A DNA stretch of 64,000 nucleotides, taken from the NCBI GenBank assembly GCA_051362555.1, contig CM120641.1:26790401-26854400 (forward strand). The letters are read 5' to 3'. This document shows positions 44,986 to 59,900 of the stretch, one piece after another (positions within the stretch are counted from its first letter, which is position 1; each line of letters begins with the position of its first letter). The notes below the pieces were generated by a model. It worked only from the letters and a program-made list of their open reading frames with translations. It was not told the origin of the DNA and made no database searches. The position numbers and the translations under genes are program-made. The DNA is from Lingula anatina. Taxonomy: Eukaryota > Animalia > Brachiopoda.

Positions 44986-47900
44986 TCAGTGGAATGTTCG
45001 TGGAATCACAGAAAATGGAACCACAGGACTAGCCGATTCCAGATTGACAGCCGTCATTAAACATTCACTGGCGGTCTCGAACTGCCCAACAGCCTCTAGC
45101 ACTTTACCCAGTTCCTGCCTGGAAGAACAGATAGTCAAAAGGGAATAGTACAGCCTATGCACAAGTAATCTAATTCATGAAAATGAAATTGTATTTAGAG
45201 GTAAGACTTGAAAATGATCACATTTTCTTTGCAAAGATGTTGTTTTTCCTGATCTCCACTAGCTGCACTCATTTTATGATATCGGAAAACGAAGAAAAAT
45301 GAGATTATTCGGTGACAGTGGCATAATTTGATAAATTGGGACTTAATCTGTAATTAAAATTGGACTTACTTATATCTGGAATAGTTGCTGATATTAATGA
45401 GTGACTAAACTGTTTGAATGCAATTTTAAGTTCTTTGATGAGATACGATTCCTATGTCATCAGGTAATTTAAGTCAGTCAGACCACATCTGGTTGAAGTT
45501 AAACATGGTTTGAGCCTGCCTTATGATGTAAACAGACCTTAGTTTCACAAGAAAAACTCAGTCAGTACTCTGGCTTAGTTGACTAGGATTTCCATGAGAG
45601 TGCTGTTACACTGTTCCTGATAGGGTAATATGTGTCCATGTGACCATGTAACCTTGGTAATCAAGTTCTTAGCCGGGGAATCTGAATTTATTTATTTATT
45701 TATTTATTTTTTTTTTTTTTTGTGAAACCAGGGCCAGGGTCTTACCAGGCTTGGTGTGAAGTAGGATCTATACTGACAGCATCTTTCAGCATTTTCTCTG
45801 CCATTGTGTAATGGCGTTGACCAGCTAGGAGCTTTCCCTAAAATCAATCAATCAATCCATCAATAACTTTTCCCTAAATTCAATCAATCAATCAATCAAT
45901 CAATAATACACAACTTTTAATCAAATGACGAATTTCAAGTGTTTCACATCTGTTGCAACCAAAATGGCTCCATTTATCAAATCAAACATGAGCATGAACA
46001 AAACTGATGAAACTGGATACTGGTACTGATGACTAATGCATGCATTTCATATATACTTATATTACAGCCATGGTTCATAAAACCACATCTTTTACTTGCC
46101 ACTATCAAATATTGATCATATTTTAATGAAAATGTAATTCAGTTTTAACAGAAAATGGTTTACTCAATAATACCTGCATTTGTTCTTCCACGAAAAAACC
46201 AACAACAACCGTTAATGATTAATGCTACCAATTTCACAGAAGGAAAATTCAAATAAATAACTAATACTATTCCAACTGGCTGCAATTGTTCTCACCTTTG
46301 GGACCAATTTTACCATTATAAAACCACCTGGTTGAGAACAAATCGCATCCAGCAACAACAGCACTTACCAGTCCTATGAGGCTCTTAATATGGGTAGGAC
46401 TGATTGATATTGCACTTTCAAAACACATTTTGGCCTCTTTATACTGCTTTTTGTGGACATAGACTTTTCCTTTCTGAAACAAATATGGAAAAATATAGCT
46501 GGACAGATATTCGTTTTGTGTAGTTTCATATTAACAGAGGTTCACATAATAATGAACTTTTTTCAACCACCGTGTGGACAGCACACAAACTGCTGTCATA
46601 TATTCCCACATGTGTGTGTATAAAGTAAATACAGCAGATTAGTTGCTGTATAAAACTGACAAATAAAGGAAAAATTAAATAACTGTGCTAGTTTTGCTGA
46701 AAAAACAAGGCAGCAGAGCTGTCAAATGTACTATGGTGATTACCATGCAATGTTTCACCATGAGTACCAAGGGTACACTAAAATTACATGTCTTACCATA
46801 TATGCCACTTGATGCGACATAGGAAGTATACTGGCTGCTTCTGTCACACATGCATTTGCCTCTGCTACCCTGTCCATCCCAAGGTATAGCTCGCCTAAAT
46901 CAGATAAACGATAATACTTTCATCTGTGTTATACAATTTCAAAATTAAGCCAGCATATAATCAAAACTAAACCAACATAAAAGCACTAGTAATTGTCATC
47001 AGTGATTCATATCTTGTGTGTTTCATCCTTTTTCATTTTAATTCTAACTACATATATATATTTTAAGATATACTGTACAAGGTGGGTATAAGATGCATTT
47101 AGGTGTGTGGCAGGACCCCAAAAATTTATATCTCTCATAAATGTTTCAATGTCCAAATGAAATAAACTTGAAACTGATTTTACAAGATGACCTCTAGGAA
47201 AACACATGCCTCTACAATATGCTCTGTTATAATCTCATTAAGAGTTAGTTCAATTTGTTGAAAATATTACTTTAAAGAGAAAAGTGACACTGCCATGTCT
47301 GTTTACTGTTGTATGTTCCAGTGTTGTGTTCCAAGACAAGCTAATATTTTACTGCTACTCTGATCATGAGTTGGATTGTATCGAACTTGAACCATTCTAT
47401 TAATTTCAAAAACAAACTTGTTTGCCTTGCTTCATTAAAAGAAAATCTTCCAGAATAAAAGATGCCATAAGCTGTCTCATCTTGTAAAAGTTTTCATCTC
47501 TTATTCTTGAAGAATTTCTGAACAGTGTGAGCTTGAACTACTTTCAATTGTAGGCAAAAGTAAAAATTTAGAAATTTTTTGTAAAGCACACTTGACTGAC
47601 TACAGTCTAGCAGATTTTGTTAAGTCAACTACTGGAGATAAGATAATTAAATATTAAATTTTTTGTGAGTGTGAAACTGGGAACCCTTTTGGGCTTAGAT
47701 AGACACTACTATTGATATAAGTTAGTATGGTTTCAGTTGGGTTTACCTAAATGGACCCAAATTTGGGCTTGCAGCGTCCAGGACTGGTGTAACCCAATCT
47801 TGGGCATGAGGCTGCTGTTCATAGAGGACGCCACCTCTGACAGGGCCTGCTCCACTCTGGATGCTGCCATGGATTCGTGTACTGAACCTGCAAGACGAAA

Positions 47901-50900
47901 CAAGACCCAATGCACTTTCACTCCTTGTCCACAATATCTGAAGATCACCAAGATTATGAAACAAGTTGATCAGTAAAATGCCTTGCCTATGATAACTGAA
48001 TATATTCAAGGTTTTGAAATAAAACAGGAAATCAGTACATGTATTTAATATAGAAAATTTCAAGTTTCTATATTTCAAAAACTGAAATTTGAATGACAGA
48101 AAATAAATTGAATTTTTTACTCAGAAAATCAAGCAATTCCACGGAGAAGCCAATTATCTAAACGTGACAACTGATAAAGAAAATGACATTATAAGACATT
48201 AAGAAAAGAAAGATATCAATTAACTAGATGAGGATTCACAAGGGATCTGTGTTAATAACCCAGATGAACTAATCTCATAGTAATCATTTTGTGACAAGAG
48301 AATATTTTGTATTTTAGTGATTAATTACAGGCCCTAGGCAGGTGGAATTAAGGGGGGTTTAATAAGAGCTACATTTAGCCAGGAAAGGTCCACTCTGAAT
48401 CAAAATTGGATTTAGGTTTTATGATCACACATATGTTTCATGGTAAAAAAAGATCCACATTTTCAGGAAAAGACCCCCCTCTCTCTCCCTCCCACCTCCA
48501 CGGAATTGATACTGTGCCGAATTAAAAGAAGTATCCAATGGAAGAATCAGGAGACGCACAATACTTATATTCAACTCCAATATAAATCAAGAAAATGTTA
48601 ATGCTTTTTGCCATCCACAATCAGATGCTGTGCTATCTTTGTATTCCCACCTACCCCTAGTCACGCTGACTGCTTATCTCTGAGATAAGGAAGACGTTAC
48701 TTCGAAGAAGAAAAAAAAATTAAGTGTCTACTTCTAGCTTTAAGGACTAAAATATCCTTTGTTAAAAATTAGTATTATCAAGCTGAATCCAGCTAGCCTG
48801 CAGCAGATGTTCACAGGAAGGAATCTATCTGATCGGATTCACATTGCCCAATATTCACTTCCTTTTCCTCTGTATGTTGTTAGTAGGCCCTACATTCTAA
48901 AATTCAAGGTAGTCAATGACGCACTGGAAGTCAACCAAAAGACTGGACTTTTGTTTGGCCTCTCAAGAAGCTTTGGGAGAAGTTCATCATTTAATTTAGT
49001 TGTTTATGGTTCAGATAAATGGAAATAGGAGAACCAGAAATAAATATAAAAGATTGGCACCAAAACACCTAAAAATAAAGTTTCCATTCAATAAGGAAAT
49101 GAATCCTCTCTAACTCATTATGAGAATAATATCATTAAGATAGAAAAAAAAATTGCCAAAAATAGAAAAAGTAATAACTAAAAGCTAATTTGAAACTGAT
49201 TAAAATACAAGAAGACCAACTCCAGAGAAAATGATAAATGATAAAACACATCCATGTTACCTCTACCTGAATCTCTATCACTGAGTTCAGAGAGCTGTAT
49301 TTGAGCCAGAGACCGCCGGTCAGTGGTCAGTCTGTCCAGCAGACCAGTACCACGCTGTTCACTGCAAAGACACAATATGAATACAACCATAAGATACTTG
49401 GGATGGCTTAGCTCCTCGCTGCCTTAAGGTAAGCAAGGGATGATTTCACAATAGAAATAAAAGAAGACCCAAGATTACTTTTTACTTTTAAGACTAAAAT
49501 TTTCGTCAACTGCCAGCCAAGATCAACCAGTAGTAGTCCACTTCAAATTAAACTTTCCACTTGTTCTGTAAAAAGATATGCATGCTAATATTCTAAATCA
49601 AAAGTCATTCTTTGTTATAGTAATATATATTCACTCTGAACTTGAGTGGATTAAAATCTGAAGTCTATCAGATAGAACCCACTATGGGTCCAAAGTACTT
49701 TTGTGAAATCAGCCTGAAACCTTATTAAACACTTGTCCTTTTATCAAAAAAGGCTTTAACATAAAGATTGTAGTCCAAGGGGGATGCCTGGTAAGATAAA
49801 AGGGTGAATTTCCTTGCAGGAATCAGAGAAGAGAGCACTGGGGCTGAAGAAAAATTCAATTTTACAGCATGAAGATTAATATTTCTCAATCACTTACTTG
49901 ACAATCAAAAATTGGTCGATTCAAACAGTTGCTGTGCTCAGATCTGATTTATATTGTGAGAGCACTTTTTACATAGAGTTTAAACAAAAAGTATGCATGA
50001 CTAAATCCCATAACACAAAAGAATCAAACTTTATTAATGTTTCTATTAGCAGTGGAGTTTTTTTTTACATGTACAATTGCTTAAAAACTTACCTCTCTGT
50101 GGTGGATTCAAACATGTCCCTCCACAATAGCATTAACCGTTTACAAGTAGACAATGCTTTCTCAACACTACCACATACTTCTTCAAGTTTGGATTTGGTG
50201 AACAGCAAACTGGAAAAAAAAATCTCCAAAGTTTCCTCACAATATCTATCAGCTTCAGACTTAATTGAAATGCTATCTTTGAAAAACTGCCAAAGTTATG
50301 GAAATAGATTTTCAGCTCTTCTGATTATAGTCTATGGTTCTGAAAAAATAAAACTCTCATGACACCTGGCTTTTGGGGCTCAATTTCCTACACTTGATAG
50401 CAATGTCTTTATTGCAAATCATATATCCTTAATCAACATTTCAATGCAACGTACATCGATTTACCAGAGAAGAGGTAGTCAGGTAATGGTAAATGTCATG
50501 TTAGATTGTTAGACTTGGTGTATAATTTGCAACTGACAATGAAGGTATTCGAATTCTGGATCTGAGATTAGCACAGATCATTTAATAGTTATAGCATGTT
50601 TTGCAAGCTCAAGCAATAAAAATTTTCAACTGTACATTTTTTTTCTTGATATACAAGAACTTACAAGATGTTTTTACTTTAAAAAGGCAGTTTGCATATT
50701 GAATTGAACTGAAAGTTTCTCTCACTCTTTTTGTGTTTAAGTGCAAGTATGTGTGTTCATGTACATTTGCATATGTGCGTGTATCGAAGCACACCACATG
50801 CAACACACATTGAAGAGCTTGAAAGGGGGGAGGGTCCTAACACTTTAAGACCGTATTCAGATTGAATCCATCACACCAGCTGGATCGATTCAACTCTGCA

Positions 50901-53217
50901 GGTGACTCTTGGTAAATTGCAATCAGAATAATCAGCTTCATTGTCTGACATGCCTCCTTGAGTAGCTTGGGGGTAATTAACTTTCATGTGTGCTAGGCTT
51001 AATTACCCCCTAGCAGTATGAGGCGGCGTGTCAGACATTTAAGCCAATGACAGTGATTGCACTTAGAAAAATCTCCTGCAGAGATGGTTCGATCTAGCTA
51101 GTGCGATGGGTTTATCTGAACACTTCCTTAAGGTGCATTCACCATAAATCTATAGCACTAGCTAATTTGCACTCACTCTAAGGGGACTCTCATTGAATTT
51201 AATCAAATTAACTGATAAACAAGCATCCTCCTGCAGTTGAGTGGAGTAAAAATAAATGGTGATAATACGAATACATTGTAATCAAGAGGAGGCGTGTTGA
51301 TCTCCTTATCCCCATGGACAGTTTCACTGTGAACACACCCCTATAGACCAGTGGCTACCTGAAATCCTCAGGATACTCCTGCAATGCAGCATTGATCATA
51401 TCCAGTGCCTCCTCATCCCTCTTCTGGGCAGACAACAGCAGAGCCAGGAGGTGTAGGGAATGCAGGTGGTCAGTCTGTAACTGCAATGCCTGCTGGACAT
51501 GTTTCAGAGCTTCTGGAATCTGTGGGGAAAATGAAACTGCAAATGTTATTAGGGTCCAAGACGAGGAGGGCTGTGTGCACTGTAATTACTGTTACAAGAA
51601 AATAGTCTTAATAGTTGTGGACCGGAGGAATTGGGTGTGTTGCTTTCCCGGGTGACTGGTAATGACATTAAGTTAGGGGGAAAAATAAATTAAAGAAATT
51701 GTGTTTATAGCACAAGGTCATTGCACTCCAATATTTGTTTAAAGTAATTGCACAATCCCTCACCTCCCTCAAAAAAGAGAAACAAAAATAAAAAAAAAAT
51801 CAAATTATCTTCACACTTTATGGTCACAATTTGAATCCCCTCAAATAAGTAGTACCAAAGAAACAATCAAATATCAATAACCATCTAAACACAATGACTA
51901 AAGCATTATCATTGCTGAAATTAGCCTGGTTATCTCGACTACCAAATCTGCAAATTCCAAGAACTCTCATCATTACAGGGTCAAGAGGGCCAGAGTCATT
52001 AAACCAAACCACCATCAAAATGTCAGAAATGTCAACATTAAGAACAATAAGAATTCCCCCGCATTCAATGGACAATACTCCTCCCTTCGCCCAGACCACT
52101 GCGCTATCTATTTCATGCGTCATATCATAAAATGACACTCACATTTGAGTGGTTAGTTTGCTTTGCAGATAATACTATACCCTTTGTTTCCCAACACTGA
52201 CCGCAATTTCACACTATCATAGAGTGTTTAAGTATGTGAAGTGGGGTTATGTGTGGTGATTTTCCTAGCAATTAAATCTCGCAGCCGAGATATAATCCAT
52301 TTAATGGCACATGTAGAGGAGGTGAGACCATCAGGGGATAAAGCAGCTTCCTTTGATGTGGAGCCAGCCATACTTAGTTCCCGGATTGGTAATTGGCTGA
52401 TCATCTGTTCTGAATGCGCTCTTAAACTGCTGGGCCCAGTTTCATTATGGCTAGATAGCGCTATCCTCTGGATAACACTATCCTTTGGATAACATTGTTA
52501 TCCTCTGGACAGTTATCCTGTAGGTAAAGAAATGTTTACTAAACACTAGATACTTATTTTTGTCTCTGATATTGCTTTCCGTTGGTTAAAGAAGGCTGCT
52601 ATCCTCAGGATAACAATTTTATCGAAAGGTGAGTGTAATCCATAGGATAGCGCTTTCCAGTGTTGATGAAACTGGGCCCTGATCTCTAAAAGGCCATTCA
52701 GAATGAGAAGAGCTGAGTGCTAACCAGGTCACGACCTAAATATGGCGGACCTACATGAAAGGTATACTGCTTAAACCTGTAAAGGTTTCTCCGCCTCTCA
52801 CACGGCTCCCCACATGTCATCCCTCGACCGGTTGAATTGAGCCAAGATTCAATTACTGTGTCCCTGCAGGGACGATGCGTGGAGAGGCATTTAAGAGGCA
52901 GGGAGACCATTACAGGATTAAGCGGTCTTCCTTTCATGTATGTCCGCCATATTTAGGTCGTGGCCTAGCTAGCACTCAGCTCTTCTCAATCTGAATGGTC
53001 CCTAAAATGAGGGAGACATGCAATGGCATAAATAGACTGTGCCCCTCACCACTCGGGTCTTCACTTAGGCAATGCAGATAGACACAGGCAATGACAATGT
53101 GTACATATTACACTACAGCATCTGTAAATAAAATAGTCAAAGACCCCATGAAATAAATTCTGACAATAATTCTTCCTCACATTAAATCTCTGAATTGTCT
53201 CTGTAAGTGGGCAATAA

Positions 53218-53271
<54 letters not shown>

Positions 53272-53278
53272 ACTTGCA

Positions 53279-53322
<44 letters not shown>

Positions 53323-53905
53323 TGTCTCAAATCTGTGTAATAACAGGGTGAAATACCTGTGGAATACATTTGCTAAGTGTTCTTGATAACTGAGCTTACT
53401 GGGAAAATTATTGTCTCTCTTAATATAGACTCATATTATAAAACAGAATCCCAGGTGCATCTCTCTATCTATGAATTTCCTCAAATGCAAGCATTTTCCT
53501 GTGAGGAGTATTAGAATGTGGGCCTATCAGTTTGTGGTAATATACTTTTGACAGTTAAGACAGAAGAGTTAAACACTTGGAACTAGCGGCTCCATATGGG
53601 GTCTGGGAATTCCTCAATTATATGAGCCACGGTCTGGGGCAAATACCGCATGCTTCAGCCTAAACTGAATTAACTTCACAGTGAAATTATAGAATAATAA
53701 AATATCAAAACTGACAGGGCAGATAATAAAAAATGGGAGGGTACCTTGAACAGACAACACTAAAATGTGAAAATAGTTTCATTGGACCTTAGTTTTGATA
53801 GTCAAAAAGGTTTCATTTAGGCCACACTTTTTTATTTTTATGGATGACATCCTGCACTGCGCGCGCACTAATTTTCGTCCGTTCTCCAAAAAAAAAAAAA
53901 AAATC

Positions 53906-53943
<38 letters not shown>

Positions 53944-56900
53944 GGAAGTCGGAAAATGCAATCGGCAATCCTCGGCTAATTCCGCAAGCTCCATACTGTC
54001 ATTGTCGACTGCGGAGACATACAAGTAGTTCCGAATGTGGAAAATGAGCTTTCTGCGCATGCGTATTATCACCACGTGGAAATATGGCCACTTTGCCGTC
54101 AAATTCATCTCTAGCATTAATTGATATTGGACATGGAGATATCACCTTTTTACAATTATACGAAAGGCTGGCCGCGGCCAGCGATCATCGCTCGGAAAAT
54201 TTCAGTGACATTCTGTCCAAAGCAGCACATACCAGGTTTTTTTGTAGCGAAAAAAGGGTCGACAAGAGCGTCGTGGTATTTGGTGGATTGAAGGTTGGAC
54301 AGGCCACCCGATAGTTGGCTGCTATGTGTGAGTCGAAGTAGACAATGGCATCGTGCCAAATTACCTTTTTTCGATTTGGTAGTAGGAAGCATAGGCCTAT
54401 CTTTGCTTCATTTTTTAAACAATTCTGTGAAGTGTTCACAATGCTTTAATTTTCTGAGAGTACAAATAAAGACACGTTGTTTATTTGATATTTGTTTTAT
54501 TGATTGCTATACCAACAGAATGCATGAAATAACCTTAAATAGATTTGGTAATATGCAGCATATATATTCATGACTTTTTACCTTTCTACGAAGAAGGCCC
54601 TATTCACAATGCTTTAATATTTTGAGAGCATGGATAAAGACATGTTGTTAGTTTGATATGTGTTTCTGTGGTAAATTAGTGTTTCCAGCTGTGTACTGAA
54701 AACATAACTTTTCTTAAGCAGTTTTTTTTTTTTTGGACCGTTTTTTTTTTTTTTTTTTCTCCCGCTCGCACCGATTTTTGGGTCCCCAGAGGATGTCATC
54801 CATAAAAATAAAAAAGTGTGGCCTTATGATAGATCAGGATCTATCATTATAAATGAAACCTTTTTGACTATTAACACTAAAATGGTATATGCCACATCAC
54901 ATATATTAAGCATATATTAAGTTTAAGTTAACAAAGCTGATCATTTGGTTTATAAGTGTGACTTACTGTAAGTTAGCATCAAAATGGAAATTAGATTTTT
55001 TTGTTCATATTTTTTACAATGGATATTTCCATTAATGTTGTTTTTTATGCTTAAAAATCAATCGCACTGAGTTGGACACTCCCTTCGTACTTCAAAACCC
55101 TACAATTTAGCTACTTTGCCCATTAAACATCACATATGTTTTAACAACCTAACAATAATAACCAACCCCTATCAATTTTGCCTGACCTTCTTAGATGTAA
55201 CAGTAACTGAGCTGATGTCTCGTAATGATACAAAAGCTATAAAAAAGACTTGACTATCATACATATGGTGCAACTTAATAAAATATGACTATGGATATTG
55301 ACAATATATCATACCTTATAAACCATTAAGATTCCTAAAACTTAATATAATGCTTATCCAAAGCTTGTTTTGGTGGGACATATTTACAAGCTTTGGAAAT
55401 TAACACCCCGAGGTTCAGATTCTTGCAAAAAATCAACTAACTAGAAAATAGGGAACACAGAACATTAAACTTTGTCTTTGTCACCATTTTACATCTTTAT
55501 ACTACACCAATTACAAAAGCTTATTTCTAATAACTAGTTTCCAGTAACATATTTCCAAATAAAAATGTGAAAACATGTTTAAAAAAAAACAAAAAATAAG
55601 TAACTACCTAAATATACTTTGTCATAATGTACAGACAGATTTTTTCCCATGTTGTCAAAATCATAAAATCATTTTGATTGTTCAGTCTTTATCATGAGAA
55701 ACATACGTAAATTGATAATGACATTTTAAAAAATGCCTATTATGTTCCAATTTAGTCACTGCCAAGAAAGTTCAAAGTGCAATGATCACCACATTTAATG
55801 TTCAAATTAATCTTCATCTAGCAATTATTTTGTGTAATGTGTCCAACTGAAAAGATTTAACACAATTACTTCGTTGAATCGAATTTTCAATTTCAGTTAT
55901 AACTATAAGACATGCATAAACAGTTTTGGGGCACTGAAACTGCAACAGTCAAACAACTTAATGGTATTATAACGAGAAGATAAAAAACAACATTTACTAG
56001 TAACAGAAAGAGATACATAATCCCATGCATGGAAATTGAATACAAAAGTACAATTATATGTGTTGCATGCTACCAAATTAACTGAAGTGTGTGTGTGTGT
56101 GTGCATGCGTGTGCACACATGCACATGCCTGTGGAAGTGGAAGAGCACAGGTGTTTGTGTGTGTTTGCTGAACTTCTGCTCTGCTGTCTTTCAAGTCAAC
56201 ACATCTTTATTCTAAACAAATCAATAGTCACCTGAGCACCTTTGCAATAGCTATCTTACTGGAAAACATTTTTCAAACCAATCTGAATATTTCACTAAAT
56301 AAGAGATGGAGAAAAGTTTTGAAAGTTTTAAAAGTTTTGTATGCAGGGCTTGATGACAATAAGGGTGACTGAATTCATTCTCTCCTTATTTCCAGTTCAT
56401 GATTATAAAATAGATAAATACCCATTAATATCTTAATATACTGTAGGCAAACCATGTCTAATATAGTGAACTGGTCTCATTAGTAGGATACAGTTTCATT
56501 TACATGACCAAAGGATGAGAAACAGGTGGTGTTAAATATTAAAAAAATTTTTTTTCAAAGTCAGTCACAATTTCCTTTTATTTCAGCCACTAACAAAGCA
56601 ACTTGGAAACTTCAATCAGTTTTCAAGCTATTTTTCAAAGTCTAACAAACACTGATGATCAAGGTGAAATGGAGCAATCTAAAAGATATTCATAAAACTT
56701 CCCAAAGTTGGAAATTGATTTTTTTCATGGACCTAACCAACAATGTTGCCAATTTTATTACCAAAGGATAAAAGCCAAGTCATTAATTTCAGGCAAATCA
56801 ACCTTTTCACTGATAAAATTAATGTTAACTTAACTGCAGCAACACTGTCGTAATGATAGGAGTTATCTATAGTATTCACATAATTGCTTACAGGCAAAAG

Positions 56901-59900
56901 CAGGCATAATGCTGAGTGCTTGTTAACTTTCCAACCCCATTACCAACAGGAGAAAGTCCTAAATCTAGTCTACGCTAAATCTGAATGCTCTGATGCATTT
57001 TCTTTTGTTCCACCCCTTCTCTAAGACAACATGCTATATGAACAGGTTTGTTTCACTTTCTATTCGCTCACATTCTATGCCATTTCAAAACTACACTTGG
57101 GGCAATGGCATCAATCAATTTCATAGGAGCCCGTCTGCCTGTCTCACATTAAGAAAAGCCAACTACTCACTTAAAATCAAAGTCTGTCAAGGAAATACCA
57201 CTAATAAGACATTATGGCTATTAAATGGTGAAAATCTGCTGGAAAGTCTCTGGGAGAAGAGATGGTTTCATTTGTTGAATATTGAGATAACATTCTTTAA
57301 TAGGCTAACTGGCATAAATGCTTCAGATTAAAAGGGCTCAATGTCAAAACTTGTTCACAAAACAGGTAAAACGGAAATGCTTTTTCCTCTATGTTGGCAC
57401 AAATTAGTTAACATGTCTATAATAGACAAATTCACTGAGCATGGTCTGAGAAACTACTCAAAGAGCAATTGAAGTGCTTAACTGGAATACAATAAGTATT
57501 CAAGATGAAAATCTATGTATCCTAAACAAGGGTAACCAGGATTTACAATGTAGGCCCAAAAGTGTGCAAAAACTGTAATCAATATCATCATAGTATCATC
57601 GGCAACATGTCTATCCACATACACAAGTCTTCCATCCAATTCTGGATCTTAGCAAGTGTATCTAGAAAAATACAATTTTTTCTTCCATATTAACTTCTGC
57701 TGATGAAACAATGTGCATTTTCTATAAGTAGTCCAACAGCTGCTAGTGCTGATTCAGGAGTTGCACCCAATATATGTTTTATCTTTATTAAAAGAGAGAG
57801 GAAAAAAGTGGTTACCAGACAGATTCAATATTTAGTAATTAAAGCAGAACTTGTAAACACAACTAAGGGAATGCTCCTTGAAGTAAATTCAATTTCAAAA
57901 GACCTAAAAGATGTATTTTGGTTTGGAATTTTCTTCTTTCCAAGGAGGGTCTTCAATCATTTTAAAAATAGATTTATCTATGCCCCTGTCAAATGACTGA
58001 AGGTTACAGGGAGGGGGGGAAGGGGGGGGGGTCTTAGACTCATCATTTTCAAAACACCAAGATTATTTTTGGTTGTAAACAGATTTGTTTTCATATTTTT
58101 TGTTTTGACATTGATCCTTCCTGATGCCATTTGACATTGAAGGCTGACTTTTCCCAAGCAAACAAACAACAGAATATTGTCCATAAAACTGGTGATGTCA
58201 AAGCAATAGAACTTATTATTTTTGTTCTCTCGTTTTTCTTTATTTTAAAGCCTTATTAAAAGGAGGGAAGTGATGCATCTTCTTCACGGCTTACCTTGTG
58301 ATATGAAAAGACAGAGCAACATTTATCACTTTTTTCTCTATGACTCATATCAAATGATTTCTCTTCACTTTTGAACAATAGTAATCAAACACCAATATTA
58401 AGTCAGGATCTAGCACAGCACTATAAGGCCAGAACTGAGAGAATTTTGTGTTTTGAGCAAACATGTTGAATGTCATAAAGAATACTGATTAACACCAAGA
58501 ATTCTAATTAATATGGTGTCAAGTCACCAAAGAGAAAAAAATCCTAACGAAATGTTCCCTCAAGAAAAATCAATCATGCAAACCTATCCAATGCAAGATA
58601 AAAAAGAAATCTTTTAAAGAACCATTGTGAAACCATAAAAATGTGTTAAAAGAGGGGAAAAAAGGTCATCTTGTGTTCAATTAGGCTGGTTTACAAGTAG
58701 CAGATAAAGGTCATCAAAGACTTCCAGTTCACTCACTCAAAAGACATATTTATATAGGTGCCAGCGGTAACATTTGACTGTACAAATACAAATGTCACAA
58801 TCCTCCTGGTGAAAATCAATAAATAAATTAAAATAACAGGGAAAAAGACAGCAGTTACATAACACACAAACAGACACAGATTGGGAGTTAGATAACATAA
58901 GCAAACACTCAGTGTTTGAATATTGGAAACAGTGTGCTTACTTGTTAAATGCAGCCAGAGCTTTTCTTTGCAGTTCTTGTCTTGTTGTTTGAAGCTTGAC
59001 TTCATTTCCTTTTAGTGCATATCCAATCCCCAGGGCTACATGCCCCCTAGCAGCATAACTCTGTACCCCCATACTGGAAGCCTGTTTAGCATGCTCTATG
59101 CCTTCATCGACCTGTAAAAAAAAATAATAATAATAATATAGGTCAATAGGTGTGCGGGTGTGTAAGTAGTATGACATGGTTAGACAGCAAACTAAAAAAT
59201 ATGAGTGAAAAGTAAACACGAATGTACTTGAAGCACCTCAAAATCTCATTAAAAAAATACAAGGCCAACATATAAAATTAAATGAATGAAGACATCTGTG
59301 ACTTTAAAAACAGAAGTCACACCAACATTAAAAACAAATCAAATGAAAAATTTAGACAAAGCTGACATTAGGAAACAGTCAAGTGTAATCAAAATCTGTT
59401 TCATTAAATATTCTGTACAATTATTAGCCCCTTACATACATACATAAAAAATACATTTGGTTTATACTATTATATGTTTTTCACTCAAAATTAAAAACAA
59501 AACAAAACAAAACCAGCAAAGATAAAACATGACTCATCCATAAAAACATAAACATTTGGCTTGTGCCGTTTTTCTTTCAAAAATATAAACAATAAAACGA
59601 TAAGACAAAAAACATCCCTTTATGTACATTTACCGTGTGCATGTAGTCCAGACACAACCTGGCAGACATCAGGGGGACCAGGGGATTCTTTGGGTCGATT
59701 TTGGCACATTCCTCCAATACCAACAGAGCTCTGGGATACTGAAATAAAAACATAAAACTACAATTCTACCATTTTAATAAGACTTTTTTACTGCAAAAAA
59801 AAAAAAATAATAATAAATAAATAAATAAATAAATAAAATAAAATAAATAATAATAATAATAATAAATAAATAAATAAATAAAAATTTCAAATAAAAACAG

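Noticed and set aside
51545-51592. Minus-strand AHS...LDPNN resembling the missing TTC7 exon
   Set aside because: The pieces are in different frames with a stop, overlap the branch-point region of the next acceptor, and have no donor.
53779-54573. Overlapping poly-Pro and poly-Gly ORFs as a transposase or host gene
   Set aside because: They derive from poly-C and poly-A tracts inside a non-autonomous element; no recognisable domain.
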